Source of the DNA: Octopus sinensis
Taxonomy: Eukaryota
Assembly: GCF_006345805.1 (NCBI RefSeq)
Contig: NC_043005.1
Span: 5,766,001 to 5,830,000, forward strand
Length of the DNA stretch: 64,000 nucleotides
Direction: 5' to 3'
Under the pieces are notes generated by a model, which was not told the DNA's origin, searched no databases, and saw only the letters and a list, made by a program, of their open reading frames with translations. Shown piece by piece: positions 47,836 to 61,222 of the stretch. The translations under genes and the position numbers were made by a program. Numbering within the stretch: position 1 is the stretch's first letter; each line of letters begins with the position of its first letter.

Positions 47836-48301
47836 TGTGTATAAATATATATATATAAAGAGAGAGAGAGAGAGAGAGAGATACATACATATATTCTAAT
47901 TGCTTGTGTATAATTCCCCATCCCATGCGTCATATGTCATTTTCCTGCGTATAACTCGCAGTAGTTTTCTTTAGCCTAAAAGAAACGAAAACACGTGTCT
48001 TTGTCTGATGCATGGTTTTGCTTTTACTTTATATCAGAACAATAAACTATAACATTTTAGTGAATTATGATTTTTCATTTTAATCAATACTATCTTATTG
48101 TCCATTGTTATCCGATACCTGATCAATAGCACTTTCCTTCAATTGTAAACTTACACTTGTTTCATCATAATCAATTTCTTTTTGCTCTCTAAGATCTCTG
48201 ATCCATCAAATGCATTTGTTGTACAAAAATTTTGAGCCACTATATCAGAATCAACAGAGTCCCATACCTGGTCACAGTGAAGGCTTTTTCAAATTTCATC
48301 A

Positions 48302-48668
48302 TCTCTATATATGTAAACGGTAAAATGTCTGTCTGTGTGTGTCCTTTATACAAATCCACAACTTTTCAGTTAGAGGGCTCGTACTTTCTATGGTCATTCA
48401 AAACCGTCCAAGTGTGGTCGTGCACATCTTTACATTTCCCCAGTCACCCTGCAATGCCATTAAAAAAATCAATAGAAGTGACTTTTTTGTGAATTTTCTA
48501 TCCAAATCCCAATCAAAATGCCCGAAACTTGATACGCCGATTGAATGCCTGCTAGCTGTATGTAATTGGTCGGAGATTTGGACAGTACTCGCGTGTATGT
48601 GTGCAAGCACGCAGCTGTATATGCATGTACTAGCACCATGACCTGGTGTTGCCGGGTCATAGTGCTAG
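48302..48668 (+). mobile_element. Non-autonomous Helitron
   Basis: Starts TC(TCTATATATG) after an A and ends CTAG before a T, with no TSD. Subterminal hairpin ATGACCTGG-TGTTG-CCGGGTCAT (48638-48660). Confidence 0.75.
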
Positions 48669-51096
48669 TATATAATAAAAATCAGGGTTGTGATTAGCTA
48701 GGCATTCAGAATATAATTCTTTCAAGGGTTTCCTTAAAGGGTTTTGTTAATCCTCAAAAATGACAAGTTTTGTGCTGTGCTGTTTGCAAACTGTTTCTTA
48801 CATCATCCAGAAGATGACCATGGAAAGAATCCATTATAAGCATTGATTTTAGTTTTTGCAAAGTACTAGCATAATAATTCCAAACAACCAAATCCACTCC
48901 TGAACTGTATTATTGCACTTTTGATGTTTTTCATTTACATATATATATATATATATATATAGATAATTACACTCGTGTACATATATATACATACACATAC
49001 AAGCACATACTTGTATACAATGAACTTTTTTCAGCTTCCTTTCTTGCCGAACTGTTAAGTTCCAGGGACATAAACACACCAACGCTGGTTGTCAAGCAAT
49101 AGCAGGGAGACAAATACATACACACACACACATATGTATGTATGTATGTATGTATATATAAATCCCCCAAAACGACAAACAAACACAAAAAAAATCAACA
49201 ATGTGAGGACGTGGTACATGTAAAGTATTAGCAGACGCTCAGGATATATATATATATATATATATATACTTATGCATATATATATGTATGTGTGTGTGTA
49301 GTAAATAACACATATACAGACATATATATACACATTCATACATCAGTAAATATTCCAATCTTTAATGATTCTATTTCTACCCTCTCTGTGGGAAGTTATT
49401 TTCCCCTTTACATGAGTAAATCACTTCTCTTCTTTCTCTCCTCATCTTATTTCAACCCATTTCCTCTTGGCCTTCACTAAATCACTTCCACAAGTGCCAG
49501 CTATTTCAATATCCTAGTCAAGCACTGCACAGTTGTATTTAATAATTAATGTGTTAATTACGCAATCAAGAATTAAAACCCACTTTATTAGAAGTGGAGC
49601 TGGAAGTTTAGTACCGTATAACTTGTGGCTGTGGGTTTTCTCTAGTAAGGTGTGTCTGCAAATTGGCATTGTATCATATCTGAACCCATTTCATTCACTT
49701 TAACCACTGTGGCTTTTGAAACACCTAAACCTTCCACACGTAGAAACATCAAGAGAAAGTTGACATAAGAGTTGGTTTCTGTTGTATTAAACCAATCACT
49801 AATATCAATCTAAACTGACATTTGTTATTGGTGTTGTTGTGTAGCCCAAGGTTAGACTTAACCATACAAACCTTTGATCAAAAGTGTTTCAGCCATGATC
49901 ATCCTGTCTTTGATTAATGTATAATGTATCTAGAACTACATTACCCTGGATACGTATGTCTTTTTTTTATTTTCAAGGATAGTAGCAAGCGATTTAGCTC
50001 TCCTTTTACCATATTTCTGTTGAAATGCACTGTCTTTTTTCAATTATTTTTGAAATTAATGGAGAAATTAGTCATTATTAAATTGGGGTTTGAAGCATAA
50101 ATTAGCATGAAATTTTTATGAATGGTTTTAATTTAGATCACTTTAAAACAGAATTTGTATCATAGAAACAGGGGCAATCTCAAGTGGGTTGGTATCAAAA
50201 GGCTTAAACCACACCCTACCACCATTGGATGATGTAGTCTGGGATTTACAGTAATAAAAAAATGACTGGATGGTCATGGCTGGGATGCTTCTGAACTTAA
50301 GATATGCTTAACCCTTTTGCTATCAGATTTCTGTTGAAATTCACTGCTATTGTTTCAATTAATTTTGAAAATAATGAAGAATTTAGTAAAATAACTTTTT
50401 CTTTTATTAATATGATGTTTGGAACATAAATTGGCACGAAATTTTTATGGAAGGTTTTAATTTAGATAATTTTAAAACAGGAAGTTTGCATCATAGAACC
50501 AAAGGTGGTCTCATGCAGGTTGTTTCAAGATTATGATCTGATAACAGGAATGAATGTGTGGGCTTTCAATTCTGCACCTTTAACTACAAGTATTTGTTGG
50601 CCAAAATTCATTCCTTGACCAATGATAAAGTTTAGTTATTTGGTATCTCATTTACTATGAGCTTCCCTGGATTTTTATTTATTCTTTTTATATTGGACAA
50701 AAGGAAGGAGCTGTGTCCATGGCTTTTGCTGGCCCTTCGAGACTGGCGAGTTTAAGTGATTATAATATTGTAACAAGGACTTGTGGTGGGTGAGAAGATA
50801 GTTTTTTCAGTAGAAGTGATCAATTTATACATGCAACAGGGAATCATTTACAGGGGTAGTAGGAGTTTGTTCCTAGTTCTTCTACTGAACCTAAGTGCCA
50901 TTTCAAATATTCCATAAAGTTGTCACATCTATTATTATTTATTCACTCTACTTCTTTATATCCCTCAGTTATTTCAAGTCTGGCAAGTATGGTGGTGGTG
51001 GTGGTGGGGGACCTAAGTTCTCACGAGGAGGTTTTTATTAATGTTGAAACATATCTAGAGTTGTCACTGCCAAAGATCAGACTCACCTTCCTTTGT

Positions 51097-51478
51097 CTAC
51101 TCTTTTACTCTTTTATTTGTTTCAGTCATTTGACTGCGGCCATGCTGGAGCACCACCTTTAGTCGAACAAATCGACCTCAAGATTTATTCATTGTAAGCC
51201 TAGTACTTATTCTATTGGCCTCTTTTGCTGAACCACTAAGTTACGGGGATGTAAACACACCAGCATCGCTGTCAAGCAATGGGTGGGGGGGATAAACACA
51301 CACACACACATATATACAATAGGCTTTTTTCAGTTTCCATCTACCAAATCCACCCATAAGGCTTTTGTCGACCCAAGGCTATAGTGGAAGACACTTGCCC
51401 AAGGTGCAATGCATGCGCAAGGTGCTTGCCGATGTGGCTGGTAAGCAAGCTACTTACCACACCGCCACTCCTGCACCT
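51097..51478 (-). mobile_element. Family A SINE
   Basis: Full-length reverse copy. Confidence 0.85.
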
Positions 51479-52302
51479 GTATGTTCATATTCTACTTTCG
51501 ATTAATTTAACTTTTATGATTGACTCCCTTAAATTTTTTTTTTCTAGACTAGATTTCCTTTTTTTTTTCCTCATTAGGGATGTAAATTTAAATAATTAAA
51601 TTTTTTTTGTTTCACTACATTAAATATATTGGCATATTAAATATGTTAGCACTACTTGTTTTCCTAGCAGAAGATTTCCCTACACAAACTATAAAGCTGG
51701 TTGTTAATTATGCAAAAGTGAAATTTTTAAATAATTATACGGTTAAAATGTATAATTCTTCTTCTTTTTTTTCTTTCTCAGAATTTATTGAGAAAGTCAT
51801 ACAAACAGACACAATAGAATGAATCTAAGCCGCCGGCATGCTTTTATTTATTATTCATTTATCTTTGCATATATTTTAAACTACTTTATTTCCTTGTACA
51901 AGTAGTTCGCGAGGCGGGAGGAGGGGGTAAGCAGATTATGCAATTATTGTACTTATGGTCAACCATAGTTTACATTGGCTGAGTAGGTTAGCCAACTGTT
52001 TAATCACCTTCCCGAGGACAAGAGATGTTCGCGTTACGTGGTGAGTTTTATGAAATCGGGGTTTCGAAGCCGCTCCACCAATCGTTGGCGACGACGTGGA
52101 AACACTCACATTCATGTCGTGTGTATGTGTTATTACTCGCCCGCGCGCACACGCACACACACATATGCATACATTATGTGTGTGTGTGTGTGTGTATGTA
52201 TGTATATATATATATATATTTATACACAAACACTCACACGTAGATAGGCATGAATACATGCACACACACATACTCTCACATGTATGTATATGTGTGTGTA
52301 TG

Positions 52303-52340
<38 letters not shown>

Positions 52341-52359
52341 GTATTTCTGTCTGTCTGTC

Positions 52360-52391
<32 letters not shown>

Positions 52392-52719
52392 TGTATACAC
52401 ACACACATTACCTTGACGTCCTTCAGCAATGCTATATATCACTTCACTTCCCATCATTTCGTTGCAATCCTCCACCGGCGATTTATTTAATGCACGTAAC
52501 TTATATATACACACCTACAGACACACATGTGTTTATACACGAATACACTCGCTATACTCCACCATTGATACATTAACAGAAACACTAATGTGTTGCTGAT
52601 GCTATTACCTTGAACAAGTAATATCCGTTGTTGAATTTTGTCAAACGGGGGAAAGTGTTTTATTCATAAACATATCGATTTTGATATCAGATCTTCAACA
52701 TATACCCAATGCAATCCAT

Positions 52720-52751
<32 letters not shown>

Positions 52752-54384
52752 AAGCACGCATCCACACTCATGTACATACACACGTACACACTCATACATG
52801 CTTATACACTAATATGTATTTCTGTATACATATCTGCATGCATACATAGTTTGTATATATTTATATACGTATGTGTGTATATGTGTGTGTGTCTTTGATT
52901 ATTCATAAATTAATCCAAACATCTGCGCTCGCGTGTGCGCGCGTGTATTTGTGTGTGTAAATTCCAAGTGCTCGTGTAATTAGCGAATGTTTTCGAGGCT
53001 AAAATCCGATTCCAAAACCCTGTTGGAACAGTAATCTTATAATGTCTACATGTCACAACTTCTCTCTAACCTTTCTTCCATATTATTTTTCTGATCAAAA
53101 CATCAAAACAAGATAACGAGTAAATGGCAGTGGAAGGCTTCTTGTTAGTGCAAAGTGAGTAGAATATGTTAGGAACTTGGAGAAGAAGTGCTCATATTTT
53201 CTCTGAGTCATCATAGAGCTATAAGCAACGTCCGGAGGAAAAAGAAACAGATAAAGTGATGAAAACGAGTTTCTTAGGACAACATTGATAAATTTTGTAA
53301 AACAAGGAAGAAGGGTTTACTGTACTGCTCACTGGTTTTTTAAAAAGGCTAGAGGGAAATGGTCACACGTAAGCAGAAAATGCCAGATCGTAATTGGATA
53401 CAGGAATTCATCGGAATATAATGAAAGGCCTAAAAGGATAAACCCCTCAGCCAGAAGTTAAAATCAGCGAGAATCTACAGGCATAGAAGACAGAACCTGA
53501 TCAAAAGGAAGACTCCGACATGCCCGGCAATCAACAACTGCGTGCCTGACAATGTACTGTGTGGCCCTCTGCTTGAAGGAGATAGAGCATATTTAGAAGC
53601 AATGGGGGTTTCCTGATCACGATTGATCAGGGGTTTCTTTGCGACTCGAAGATACTCACTTAATTAGATTGAGCAAATAGCAGAGAGTGTAGCTATTCTA
53701 TATTGCGATGGATCTGAATTCCTGGTTATTTTTAAAAAGTTCAGCTTGGCAAAAGTTTAAGGCAAAGATATATTCTCCATTTGTTCTCAAATCACTGTGA
53801 TCAGAGATCGATAAAGGGAATATCCCACTGTAAATCGATATATTTATATACATATATACCTGTGAGTGTGTAGCGTATGCCGAAATTATGGGAAGGTACA
53901 GTATATCGAAAATAATACAAATATGTTTTGGAATGTCACATTAGGTTGTATGAAATCCACTAACCCTTCGAAAATCCCCATTCCTGACGAAGGAATTCAA
54001 TATATATACATATATATATTATATACATGTATGTGAGTACGTTTATATTTTAATTTTCCAATATAATTCAGTTTTTGATTTAATTCATTTATATTTATCA
54101 CAGAATTAAGTAAATTACGCTGTGTAAAGTTGCCAAAGTGGAGAAGAAAATATTTGTGATCGAGGAGGGTCCGTCACACAGTTTAACATTAGCACAGTTC
54201 TGTTGATTTGGGGTTTAATCAGACACGAGTTAAGGCGTGGATGGACTTTGGGGTTTGCATTTCAGTGAGCTTTCAGTGATTGTATGGAAATTTATTATAA
54301 TGCTGTATCTAAAACTATAAGTACTCTAAATTATTGAATTTTAAAAAAGGTGGCAGGGTTAGTTATATCTATACACACATATAC

Positions 54385-54389
54385 ATCTG

Positions 54390-54473
<84 letters not shown>

Positions 54474-54475
54474 GC
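54385..54475. repeat. (ATCT)n tetranucleotide microsatellite
   Basis: About 20 tandem ATCT units. Confidence 0.95.
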
Positions 54476-55420
54476 TATATACGTACATCTATATGGGTGT
54501 GCGCACGTATCTGTATATGACTGAGTTAAGGGTGTTTTGAACTCAAGATCGTTAGGTCGTAGTTTCGATTCTCGAAACGGGCGATGAAGTAGTCTCCATC
54601 TTCAGAAAGCGACTATATTCCACTCGTTTTGCTCCAATCCACCCCACTCGAATTAAGAATGAGTATCAGTGACAGCTGGGAGTTAACACTACGAAGGACT
54701 AGCGTCCTGTTCAGGGTTGAGTCCTTGCACTCTCGATCGTCAAATAAATAAATAAATAAAATCCCGCTGTGACCCGGTCAACTTCCGACTCGGGGGTAAG
54801 CTTGTATACTTGATGTAAGCAGATATTACAGCGAAAGGAAACATTATACCAGAGCTTGTTGGTCGGTGAGTAAAAGTTTGTGCGAGACAAACTTTTTTTA
54901 AACAACTAATTCTCAAGAACAAAACGAATAAATTAAATTGTTCAACTTTTTCTTTTTCTTTTTGAAAATATTAATGGGAGCTTCACAAAGTTTATGGTGA
55001 TCCTACTCCGGTTCCTAGATTCATGTAAGATTGTATATTATACAGATGTATATACTCATGCATTTCCAAATTAATAATAGCCAAATCTCCCTCAAACTGT
55101 ACCCTACTGGCTTAAAAGAGAGACGGTATTAAATAAATAATGTGGTAAAGGGTACACTGTATTTGAGAAGACTGGATAGTCGTGGCTGGAATGTCTCTGA
55201 GCATATATCGGCTTGAGGTTAAACAACATTCATGATGGCACAACCACACAACAGAGTTTTTATATAGCAACTACAATTGCTAGAAATAGCAGCCAAATGT
55301 TCGATCGTCTTAAGTAAGGAAGTACACTGGATAATGTCTTCCTAGATACTCTCTCTTTTGTACAGCTATCCATCCATACGTATGTATGTGCCTACGCTCA
55401 TACACTTATGTATGTGTGTG

Positions 55421-55428
55421 AATCTATC

Positions 55429-55507
<79 letters not shown>

Positions 55508-55526
55508 GCCTGCCTGCCTGCCTGCG

Positions 55527-55585
<59 letters not shown>
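55421..55585. repeat. Compound microsatellite (ATCT)/(GTCT)/(GCCT)/(TA)
   Basis: Directly visible tandem units. Confidence 0.95.
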
Positions 55586-55589
<4 letters not shown>

Positions 55590-56109
55590 GGCGGTGCCCC
55601 AGCATGGCCACAGCTCGTGAGCTGAAACTAGATAAAATAAAAAAAATAAAATATGAGCGGTTTAGTTCACTTGTGATCTAAATGAATAGGTACGCTGAGT
55701 AAGTGCTATGGTTGGTCGTCTGTTAGGTTCCAAGTTCACAGCTGAGACTGGATCTAGGGATCCGTGTTAGGGTTCCGTTATAGCAGGACCTGTACCTTCA
55801 TGGAAGTACCAACCAACATCCAAATTCTTTGGAAAAAGATGAATTGTGAACATTATTCTCCCACCTTTATTCTACCTTTACTCTTTATTCTTCTATTTTA
55901 TTCCTCGTGAACACACACACACCTATTTTATAAGTTGGTTTTACTGAACGCATACCAACACGTCGCACTGGTATCACTCATTTCTCTCATTCCGATCAGT
56001 AAATCAAATGTAATTTTAATTAACAATATACTTAAAAAGTTGGCCCAAATATATTTTTTTTTACTGCTCCATGTGTTACTATCATGATATTGTCGTTTTA
56101 GAGTCAGGG

Positions 56110-56760
56110 TCATAAGTTAAACGAACAGATATAATCAAAGGCGTTCCATTCATGACCACATACCGCCTTTCATTAATATAGTATCTAAGACAACTTTATA
56201 ATGTTCCGCTTTTTTAAAAGGCACTAACAGTATGATTTAAGGGATATATAACTGCTATTTTTATCTAGTGCTGGAGCAGACATGGTCATGGGCAATCCAG
56301 TCATGACTAAAGCGCTTATTTAAGGCATTATCCTATCTCCCACATTTTTTAAAAGGCATTAGTGTGATTTTAGGGCGATATGGCTGCTATTGTAGTGCTC
56401 GACATGGTCAAAAACGTTCCGGCCATTACCACACGGCCTTTTATTACTATAATGCATCCTGAAACAACATTACCCAATGTGTCCCACAGTTTTTTAACCT
56501 CATTAGAGTGTGGGTTCAAGACACACGGCTGCTGTTTTTAGCACCTTAAGCAACCATATATAGGTTCCCCCAACCACCGATAAGCATTAACACGATCCGA
56601 TTAGTACTACCTGATTAAGTAAACCCATGTTCAAACAACCCAGCCATGACCACCACCTTTTATTCAAACAGTCTATCCAGGGCAATATGATCGGAAGTGT
56701 CCTTTTCAAGATGCTAGGGGAGTGGTCCTCAATCGAGGTCCGTATGACCCTTATGGGGAG
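56110..56760. repeat. About four tandem, highly diverged copies of an old interspersed repeat (about 150-bp period)
   Basis: Recurring (T)CCAGCCATGACCA..ATTA.CC.ATGT..TTTTTAA..TG.GATTT..GG..ATA.GGCTGCTATT blocks. Related fragments near 9720, 34240, 42400, 49840, 50200, 55070 and 57760. Confidence 0.55.
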
Positions 56761-57884
56761 TGGGGTCTATATAAGATTTAGTTGCTAAAAATTATATGCA
56801 CTGAATCGGTTATACTCAAAATATTTTAACTTTTTATACAATTCCTATTAAAATTTAATTATAAAAATATAATGGGATTTTTTAAAAAACATCAAATGGC
56901 TATGGAATCCTGTGGAGTAAAACAGCAATCAAAGGGGTTCCACACTTGCAAATAATCGTCGAGTTTTTGGCTGATATTTCTAACAGATCGGGCGACCATT
57001 TAGTGTTAGTTTTGGTGGGCCGTAGTAATTGTTCTTAGTCTTTGAGTCCATGTCTGTCCCGATGAAGATCTTATGATTACAAGCGCTCATCCTGTGCATT
57101 TTGTTCAATATGGTCTTCCATAGACAATTGAGCATGATGTGAGGGTGATTTGGTTGCTCTATCTAGCATGATTAATGGTTACTAGGTGTTTAGTGATTTA
57201 TTCCCAGGCCGGATCTATGAGCAAACGCATTTCATCCGTGACTATTCTGTCTTTTTGTATATCGAAGACCACACTGGTCAATAAATGTGGCCTTTGCCTC
57301 TCCACTTTCTTTCTCTTTGGTGACGGCGGCGGCGGTGGTGATAGTAATATAAGGTGGTGGTGCGGAGGGGGGTTAGGCTGTGGCTGAAAAATAAAGTATT
57401 TCGTAAAATACCTGTCATTATGAAACTAGTGTTTAGAATATGAATTAATATGAAATGTTGATCACTTTAAAACAACGTTTGAAGAGGTGGTCTCAGGCAC
57501 GTTAGTATCAAAAGGGTTGTGGTACGGTGTGATTCGTGGTAATGTTGGCAGCTAGCTCTTATTTCTAACAAGTCGAACAACAATGTAGACTCTCCATGAT
57601 GATGGTGGTCATGTTGTAAAGTTATATACAGAACCGATACGGATGAAAAAAAGAGGTGGTACCAGCGAAGAAGGATTTTCTGATTAAGCGTACATACATG
57701 CATACTTTTGTTCTCATTAACACATATGTACAAGAAGTAGCCGGTATCTTCAATGTCTTGTTGTTTAGCCCCGGGTCAGACCTACTCAACTGACCACCTA
57801 TATAATCTAAGACGTTCGTGCCTTACCTCCCGTCTTTTTCAGACGTAAGTGCACTTAGGACTATATTATCTTTTTTTATTTATT

Positions 57885-58440
57885 CAGTAATACCTCGATA
57901 AACGAGTTAATTCGTTCCCGGAGATCGCTCGTAAAGCAGAGCAATAATTTCTCGTAGTAGCAATGTTTTAAATCATAATTCGTTCTCATAAAACTATTTT
58001 ACCTATAAATTTCATAATGGTCGTAAATAAATGGCAATAAAACAACAGTGGAATGTAAAAAATACTTCATGTAAAGTAAAAAAGTATGTCAAGTTCATTT
58101 ATAATAAAAAAATATAATCGTTTCCTGAACCCCTTTCACTCGCACTAGACTCGTACACACCAGCATTTGTAGACGCGGTCACCGATTCACAAGCACTCGT
58201 AGACGGACTTGTAAATTTCTTTTTAAACAAATAATTCTAGAGTTGTTAGCTTAGAAGCTTTTTTCGCTCTCTGTAAATTTCTCGGTAACACGCATTTGTT
58301 ATGGTAGTAGAAACTTTTGCACTTGGTTCACAAAATAGCTGTTTGACCATTATATATTTATTATAAAATAGAACTCGTAAATCTGGCTTCTCGTAAAGTG
58401 AGGCATCACTGTACTCTTTTAATACATTAAGGTGTGGCAT
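57885..58440. mobile_element. Possible pogo/Tigger-like transposon remnant
   Basis: Starts CAGTAATACCTCGATAAACGAG, resembling pogo-family TIRs. No matching right TIR seen. Confidence 0.35.
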
Positions 58441-58699
58441 GAATTAGATATGGCTACAAGTTTCTATTCAGCGAATGTTTAAGAACTGTGCTTTTCGACC
58501 GCTTTCTGTTTGACGTCCTCATAATATTCAGGCGCTGTCAGTGTTACAAACACACAAAAAAGAATAAACTAACGCAAAATGGTGAGGGAATTAAGTAGCA
58601 GAAGATTAGGGGGGGGGGGTAATGGGTTGTATACCCCGGAAGTGGCGTGTTTAGCCGTGCCTCGTGGACATGGTTGCAAAGGCGTTGCTACAGAAAATG

Positions 58700-58927
58700 T
58701 ATTTCTTTTCTATCCACAAGGGGCTAAACACAGAGGGGACAAACAAGGACAGACAAAGCGATTAAGTCGATTCCATCGACCCCAGTGCGTAACTGGTACG
58801 TAATTTATCGACCCCGAAAGGATGAAAGGCAAAGTCAACCTCGGCGGAATTTGAACTCAGAACGTAACGGCAGATGAAATACGGCTACGCATTTCGCCCG
58901 GCGTGCTAACGATTCTGCCAGCTCGCC
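58700..58927 (-). mobile_element. Family B SINE with 10-bp TSD
   Basis: ACAGAAAATG at 58690-58699 and 58928-58937. Confidence 0.88.
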
Positions 58928-58949
58928 ACAGAAAATGGTCAACAACACT

Positions 58950-59150
58950 CGCTGTAATAGCCACCCAACTTAGCGAAGGTTATTTCTCACGTAAGCCGCA
59001 TTTATCCTGATCTTGTGGAGGAAATCAACAATACGGAGTCGGAGAACACCTGAGGTCTCGAAGGCGACCACTACAAACTGATAGCAACCGGCCAGGTATT
59101 TGTTTATGCTCCGCTCCCCTGTGTTACGGGCTTGGCGATTCTTTTGTCCG
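58950..59150 (-). mobile_element. Fragment of a restriction-like-endonuclease (CRE/NeSL-type) non-LTR retrotransposon C-terminus
   Basis: KY..GCYQFVVVAFETSG and a frameshifted VAI-QR resemble the FxPxAxETxG...SVAIQRGNA motif. Confidence 0.5.
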
Positions 59151-59253
59151 TTTACAATCTTCACAGGCATGTCCTATGAAAAACACTATACTACAGTACT
59201 CAGACTTCATCTCATAAGTTGTTGGTCAACCCAAGGTAAGGAATTATAAAGTA

Positions 59254-59452
59254 CAGCAATCCCTCGCCACATCGCGGTTCACCTATCGCGCACTCAGTAT
59301 ATTTTTCTGGCTAATATAAGTAAATTTATATCACGGACTCCTCAGTATACCGCGAGTTTCTGCGGCCGATAGGTATTTATATTTTTTTAGATTTTAATTA
59401 TTTCTGTGGGAGATTTTGGAACGTAACACCCGCGATAGTCGAGGGATTACTG
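59254..59452. mobile_element. pogo/Tigger-type MITE, TA target duplication
   Basis: TA|CAGCAATCCCTCGCCACATCGCGG ... CCGCGATAGTCGAGGGATTACTG|TA. Confidence 0.8.
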
Positions 59453-60256
59453 TAATTATAAAATTTCGCAAGGTACCATGCAGTGGGAACAAAGCACAAA
59501 TCACGTTTGTGGCGGTTGTTTAACCCTGACTGAGTGAACCTATGATTAAAAACATTCCATCATCATCATCATCACTCCCACCGATATCATTGTCACCACT
59601 ATCACCTCCACTACCACCATCATCATCGTCATCATCACCATCATTATCGTTTAGCGACTTGGGTCAACACCGAGCTCACGATCTCATTTTGTTACGACAC
59701 CACCGAAGTCTTGTGCTTCATATTCCGAATTCCTTGGCGATATCATCGAGATAAGAGAGCAAGCGATTTTTCTCACCAAACTGGCCAAGATCTTTAAAAA
59801 CAAATGATAGCACTATCTCATCTTTTGCTCTAAAACAGAGCTCGTTAAATCATACTCTGTGTTATCAAACTGCTTATAAGATGAGTGGTAAAGTTCTTTA
59901 AATTTGTTTTGTGTTGGTTGATTTTCCTTGAAGTATTTTGTACTTCACGTAGAAGTTAAGCGTAGCAAATATCTAATCCTTATAAAGACTTATCAGGAGC
60001 CATCATGCTTCAGACATATTTATATGTATACAAAACCTCTTCCGCTAAAACTGGTGACTCAACTTAATAGTGGAGTACGAAAAGATGTACAGAAGCCGGT
60101 CGTATATCTTTTTATTTATTTATTTATGTTTAATTTAGGAGGGAAGACAAGTGTTCATGACCAGTTACAGGGTTTCCGAAACCAGGAGAGAGAGGAAAGT
60201 ATCTTCAAACGGGAAGCCGGGCCCGAGTGTTTTTAACGGAGTGGATTCCTCTAAAG

Positions 60257-60487
60257 CAGTGGTTCCCAAACTTTTTCAAGCTGCTGCCCCCTTGAAACCC
60301 TGGCCACACTCCTAGTGCCCCCACCCCAACTAACCATCACAAACATAGACCTGTTTTTGAAGCAAATTCAAAGCAACTATATTTCACAAAACTTAACTTA
60401 ATGAACCCATTATTTTCTTCAACGCTCCCTTGGAACTTTCCACCCCCACCCCCAGGGGGACAATACTGCCCACTTTGGGAATCACTG
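60257..60487. mobile_element. hAT (Charlie-like) MITE
   Basis: TIRs CAGTGGTTCCCAAA / TTTGGGAATCACTG. 8-bp flanks CTCTAAAG / CTCTGTAG. Confidence 0.8.
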
Positions 60488-60702
60488 CTCTGTAGCCACT
60501 CGAAGTGTCAGGTCGTGGTGTTAAACTGGGCGAAGAGTTTAAGTGTACCATCTAAGCAGGCCATGGTAAGATTTGAACTCGGAACGTAAAGACCTGGAAC
60601 AAATACCAAAGTGAATCCAGTCGGACAGTTTTGAAGTTCCGCTAATTCACCGCCTCGGATTAGTTCTTTTCTTTTTTAAGTCGAACCCTGAAGGATGAAA
60701 GG

Positions 60703-60849
60703 CACTAGCGTAGCTAGGGTGGGGGTTGTAGGGGTGGTCCGTCCCGGCGGCACTTTTGGTTGGCTGTTGTCAGTATGTATTTTTTGCAGGATCCGGGGCG
60801 GCAAACGGAAGGGCCGCCCCGGGTGGCACACACTCTAGCTACGCTAGTG
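60703..60849. mobile_element. hAT-type MITE nested in a family B SINE
   Basis: Perfect 15-bp TIR CACTAGCGTAGCTAG. 8-bp TSD ATGAAAGG / ATGGAAGG (7/8). Confidence 0.75.
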
Positions 60850-61222
60850 ATGGAAGGTAAGGTTGACTTCAGTGTGCAGAAAGCCAAATACTATGGACGA
60901 AATGGGGGTGATTTGGCGCAGCTGAGTGGACATTCAGCCTGATTGGGCGACAGTACTTTTTGGCATTGGATGCAAATACACACACAAGTGCAGAAATATA
61001 CACAAACAGACAGAAGGGGGGAGAAGGAAATTACAATTTATTAATTTAACATGATTGACATATAAACACTTTTCCTCTTCTACAGATAAAGAAAAATATG
61101 CTCACAAACATAAAGAGAGCGAGAGAAGCATTAAAACGTCCGATGTCAAATAAGTTAGCTTCGAATCAGCGCCGCCAAATAAGCAGCGCCGAAACGGTAT
61201 GCCAGAACGTATCATAGCCTAC

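Noticed and set aside
53984-54040. CTGACGAAGG hammerhead-like start
   Set aside because: No downstream GAAA or stem III.
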